NCBI GenBank assembly: GCA_025451315.1
Contig: JANWKP010000081.1
Span: 1 to 51,645, forward strand
Direction of reading: 5' to 3'
Length of the DNA stretch: 51,645 nucleotides
Origin: Nitrososphaerales archaeon
GTDB taxonomy: Archaea; Thermoproteota; Nitrososphaeria; Nitrososphaerales; Nitrososphaeraceae
Positions 48,184-51,645 of the stretch are shown in pieces (positions within the stretch are counted from its first letter, which is position 1; every line of letters starts with the position of its first letter). Under the pieces are notes generated by a model. That model was not told the origin of the DNA and searched no databases. It saw only the letters and a list, made by a program, of their open reading frames with translations. A program made the translations under genes and the position numbers.

Positions 48184-48399
48184 TTAGGATTTGGAGACCC
48201 TGATTCCACCCTTGACGTATTTGTTAGTCCATTTCATCTTGCGGGGATCTCTTCTTAACTTTCGAAGATTTTTTTTGCATTTGTTTGAACATGTCCATTG
48301 AATAGCTCCATCATTCTTGACCAACATAATTCCGCTAGCAGAGGAAATACGTTGTCCACAAAAGAAACAATTGCGTAAAGAAGTAGCTGTTTTACTCAT
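48184..48399 (-). CDS. rpl24e: 50S ribosomal protein L24e
   Basis: CFFCG...CSNKC...RDPRKMKWT. Confidence 0.96.
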   Translation of the reverse strand: MSKTATSLRNCFFCGQRISSASGIMLVKNDGAIQWTCSNKCKKNLRKLRRDPRKMKWTNKYVKGGIRVSKS

Positions 48400-48441
48400 T
48401 TAATTAAACCTCATTATTTTTCTCTTTATATATCATTTATA

Positions 48442-48657
48442 TTACTTTATTTTTCTGGCTTCTCTTTCAGTCTCTCGGAGCATCAGTACATCATTCATCC
48501 TAACAGAGCCTTTTACATTTCTTGTTAAAATTCTGCCTTTATCTTTGCCTTCTAAAACTCTTACTCTTACCTGAATAACTTCTCCTGCAATACCTGTTCT
48601 ACCAACTATCTGGATTACTTCAGCAGGAACAACTTTCTCTTCTACTGTTTTACTCAT
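48442..48657 (-). CDS. rps28e: 30S ribosomal protein S28e
   Basis: [15 protein letters not shown]...RNVKG...ETEREAR. Confidence 0.97.
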   Translation of the reverse strand: MSKTVEEKVVPAEVIQIVGRTGIAGEVIQVRVRVLEGKDKGRILTRNVKGSVRMNDVLMLRETEREARKIK

Positions 48658-48680
48658 TAACTATAACACCTGATTATTTA

Positions 48681-49067
48681 TTATTCACTAGGAGATTTTG
48701 TATTTCTATTTTTTGTAGAGTTGACTATTTCATCTAAAATGTGTTGAGACTCACCAGCATCAATAATTGAGGCAGCTGCAGAACCTACACTTATTCCCAT
48801 TGCTTCTCCTAATTGTTGTTTACTTGGTACGAAGACATAAGGAGCATTCCTTTCTTCACATATAATAGGGAGATGTGCGACTACTTCTGGTGGTTCAACG
48901 TCTTCAGCAATAATTGCGAGTTTACTAACTCCTCTTTCAACTGCCTTGGTTGTTTCATTTGTCCCTTTTCTTATTTTTCCACTATCTTTAGCTATTCTTA
49001 GTGCTTCATAAATAGCACTTACCAAATCTTTTGGAACTTCAAATTTAACATAATATGGTTTACTCAT
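48681..49067 (-). CDS. rpl7ae: Ribosomal protein L7Ae
   Basis: [28 protein letters not shown]. Confidence 0.97.
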   Translation of the reverse strand: MSKPYYVKFEVPKDLVSAIYEALRIAKDSGKIRKGTNETTKAVERGVSKLAIIAEDVEPPEVVAHLPIICEERNAPYVFVPSKQQLGEAMGISVGSAAASIIDAGESQHILDEIVNSTKNRNTKSPSE

Positions 49068-49558
49068 TATTCAATATCACCCTTTGGGATCATCCATCTC
49101 TTTACAAAATAGAGACTATTAAAATGTTACCTCTATTAGGAGAGTTTTGAATATCGATTTATTTTAGAGTAAAAGTTAAGGTAACTTTTGACTAAATTAC
49201 CCCCCTCTAATTTACATAAAAAGTTCTTTTAATGAAACATCAAAACATTCTAATTATTTAAAAATAAAAAAATAATAATAATTCTTGGTAAACAAAATGA
49301 TATGATTCATTTAATAATGCAATATATTATATGAATTTTCAGGTACGTTTAACTATAATTTTTATCAATTTTGATATTATTTGATGTTTTCTAGGGTTAA
49401 CCTTAAATAATTATGTTAATTATAATTATAGAGTTTGAATGACACAATCATAAATAGCTATACGCATAAAATAACTTTGAACAATACATACATGTATGAT
49501 CCGGTTTGAAAAGAGAGAGCTTGAATGCAAGAGAGGTTTATTAATTAGGTAGATCATA

Positions 49559-49759
49559 ATGAAGGCGCAAATAAAACGCAATATACCAAACAATTCTAAG
49601 ACGCCCCAAAAATCGAAAAATAAAAACTTTGACTATAACAAACCTGTTGGAAAGTGTATGATCTGTTATACTTTATCAGGCTGGCACTGTTATGACTGTG
49701 GTAACGATTATTGTCAAAGCCATTTTCATATTCATAAAGAAACTAAGCAATGTTCTTAA
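49559..49759 (+). CDS. Small Zn-finger protein (B-box/zf-HIT-like spacing)
   Basis: Basic N-terminus then C-x2-C-x7-C-x2-C-x4-C-x2-H-x3-H-x5-C. Confidence 0.75.
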   Translation: MKAQIKRNIPNNSKTPQKSKNKNFDYNKPVGKCMICYTLSGWHCYDCGNDYCQSHFHIHKETKQCS

Positions 49760-49977
49760 AATTAAACTATAAAATTGTCACGAGTCATATAGTATAATCG
49801 AGTAAATTTATTTAATCTTGGTAATTTAATTTAATAATAATTAACCAATTAATTGAATATCTCATTTGGTTTAAATTATTAGATTATAAATTAAATATAA
49901 ATTTTTATTCAAATAAAAATTATTAAAAATTCCGAAATTATTCTTTGGTTGTTCATTTATTAAGGTAACAGTTGTAA

Positions 49978-50153
49978 TGCGGGAGGTGGGATTTGAACCC
50001 ACGAATCCCTAAGAAACAGGGTTGTAGGAAAATACAGGTAGCCGACCAATTCACTATTATCACTTTTCTTTCTAAGCCTCGCACTGTCCTTCCAGCTTAT
50101 CTTAATAGGAAGAGGACAGACCTGCGCCGTTGGCCTGGCTTGGCAACCCCCGC
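49978..50153 (-). tRNA. tRNA-Leu(TAG) with two introns (50078..50120 at 30/31; about 50023..50070 at 37/38 or 38/39)
   Basis: GCGGGGG/CTCCCGC acceptor, CAGG^G-CTTAGA^A-CCCTG anticodon arm, long variable arm, GTGGG-TTCAAAT-CCCAC. Removing 43+48 nt leaves 85 nt. Confidence 0.9.
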
Positions 50154-50207
50154 ACTTGAGATACAATTTATAATAGCCAAATTTATCTATTCTTAAATTA
50201 ATGGATT

Positions 50208-51620
50208 ATGACGATTAAAATAGAAGAAAATAAATCGAATGTCCAGAGGCTATTTGGAACTAACGGAGTCAGAGGAATATACGGAAGAGAATTAACTTTT
50301 CCCTTGGTAATGGATTTGACCTACTCATTAGCAACATATTTTAAAACTGGACCGATTGTTCTAGGGTATGATGGTAGAAAATCTAGTCCTCTTTTATCAA
50401 ACATAGTATCGGCCGTATTAAATGCAGGTGGTTTGGATGTCATTATGGCGGGTCAAATCCCTACACCGTGTTTACAATATGCTGCTAAAACAAAAAAATG
50501 TGGAGGTGGAATAATGATTACAGCTTCCCATAATCCACCTGAATACAATGGAATTAAACCTTGTGCTTCTGATGGTGTAGAGATATCAAGAGAAGATGAA
50601 CTTGAGGTCGAAGAGATCTATTATTCCCGAAAATTTTCAAAAACGGATCAAACTAATAAGACAATAGCAGATCAAAATATTATAAATGAATACATGGACA
50701 AAGTTTTATCTTTAATAGATGTTGAAAAAATACAATCGAGATCGTTTAAAGTGGTAATGGACCTTGGTAATGGCGTTCAGACCTTGGTTGCACCCTATTT
50801 GTTAAAAAAACTTGGTTGTCAGGTTTTTACATTAAACAGTAATGTTGATGGAGATTTCCCAGGGAGAGGGCCAGAACCAACAGTAGACAATTTAACTAGC
50901 TTATCTAATATGGTGAGAGATTTGAATGCAGACTTTGGAGTAGCTTATGATGGAGATGGAGACAGAAGTTTATTCTGTGATGAAAAAGGAAATGTTCATC
51001 CAGGTGATAAAACTGCTGCTGTACTTATCAAGTATTTAATAAATGGAAAACTTCATGGATCAGAGATCATATGCCCAGTAAATACAACTTTGAATGTTCA
51101 ATTGGTTGCAGATGAAGGTAATTCAAAAGTTGTCTATACAAAAGTAGGTAGTGTTGAAGTTTCTCGAGAGATGGTTAAAAGAAATGCTCCTATTGGTTTA
51201 GAAGAGAATGGAGGTTTCATGTACGGTAAATTAAACCAGGTTAGAGATGGTGCAATGACTACAGCATTAGTTTTAGATATGCTAACTAGTTTTTCATCGA
51301 CCGATAATAATACAGCTAATTCATTTTCTGAAATCATAGCATCACTAAAAAAATTAGCTCAATTTAAAACCAAATTTAAATGTCCGTCTAAGGAGGCTGC
51401 AAATAAGATAGTTACCAAATGTTTAGAACATGGATCTCCGAAAAAAATCGATAAGTTAGACGGAGCCAAAATTTGGATTGACGATGAATCATGGATAATG
51501 ATTAGACCCAGTGGAACTGAACCGCTAGTAAGAATGTATGGCGAGTCGACTTCTCGAACACTCTTGGATTCAAAAGTAAGAGAATACACAAGAATAATAG
51601 AAAGTGTACTAATAAAATAG
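50208..51620 (+). CDS. glmM: Phosphoglucosamine mutase / phosphomannomutase family
   Basis: LFGTNGVRG, ITASHNP, DGDGDR, RPSGTEP. Confidence 0.9.
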   Translation: MTIKIEENKSNVQRLFGTNGVRGIYGRELTFPLVMDLTYSLATYFKTGPIVLGYDGRKSSPLLSNIVSAVLNAGGLDVIMAGQIPTPCLQYAAKTKKCGGGIMITASHNPPEYNGIKPCASDGVEISREDELEVEEIYYSRKFSKTDQTNKTIADQNIINEYMDKVLSLIDVEKIQSRSFKVVMDLGNGVQTLVAPYLLKKLGCQVFTLNSNVDGDFPGRGPEPTVDNLTSLSNMVRDLNADFGVAYDGDGDRSLFCDEKGNVHPGDKTAAVLIKYLINGKLHGSEIICPVNTTLNVQLVADEGNSKVVYTKVGSVEVSREMVKRNAPIGLEENGGFMYGKLNQVRDGAMTTALVLDMLTSFSSTDNNTANSFSEIIASLKKLAQFKTKFKCPSKEAANKIVTKCLEHGSPKKIDKLDGAKIWIDDESWIMIRPSGTEPLVRMYGESTSRTLLDSKVREYTRIIESVLIK

Positions 51621-51645
51621 AAAAAATATCAAAGCCAAACAAATC

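Noticed and set aside
49960-50196. ORFs 49960..50166 (-) and 49993..50196 (+)
   Set aside because: They overlap the two-intron tRNA-Leu and are by-products of its GC-rich sequence.
1-51645. CRISPR arrays, rRNA genes, IS/transposases, inteins in atpA or infB
   Set aside because: No regularly spaced repeats, rRNA-like tracts or transposase motifs seen; AtpA (588 aa) and IF-2 (609 aa) have normal lengths.

Overview
AT-rich archaeal chromosome segment. Gene content and style point to a Nitrososphaerota (Thaumarchaeota) ammonia oxidiser, most like Nitrosocosmicus; this is inferred from protein motifs, not from a database search. The left ~7.1 kb is one end of a mobile element integrated at the 3' end of an intron-containing tRNA-Lys(CTT). 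It carries an intact tyrosine integrase, a divergent regulator pair, an unannotated 56-aa Cys/His microprotein, and a 318-aa protein whose motifs resemble a Rep_trans (pT181/RepD-like) rolling-circle initiator. Beyond these are membrane/secreted cargo genes, several of them frameshifted. The rest is mostly core genome: an Fe-ADH resembling the HP/HB-cycle malonic semialdehyde reductase, thpR-cca-kinase, an lhgO-like oxidoreductase, tRNA-Pro(CGG), and a complete rotary ATPase operon in the Thermoplasmata-like order K-E-C-F-A-B-D-H-I. It continues with a KaiC-like ATPase plus DUF3227-like partner, alba, ilvE, a nucleotide-sugar cluster with an apparent pseudo-dehydrogenase, tRNA-Gln(TTG) with a position 10/11 intron, argH, sdhA-C-D-B, hisS, archease, trxA, rpl7ae-rps28e-rpl24e-ndk-infB, a two-intron tRNA-Leu(TAG) and a phosphohexomutase. 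No CRISPR array, rRNA or IS was seen.
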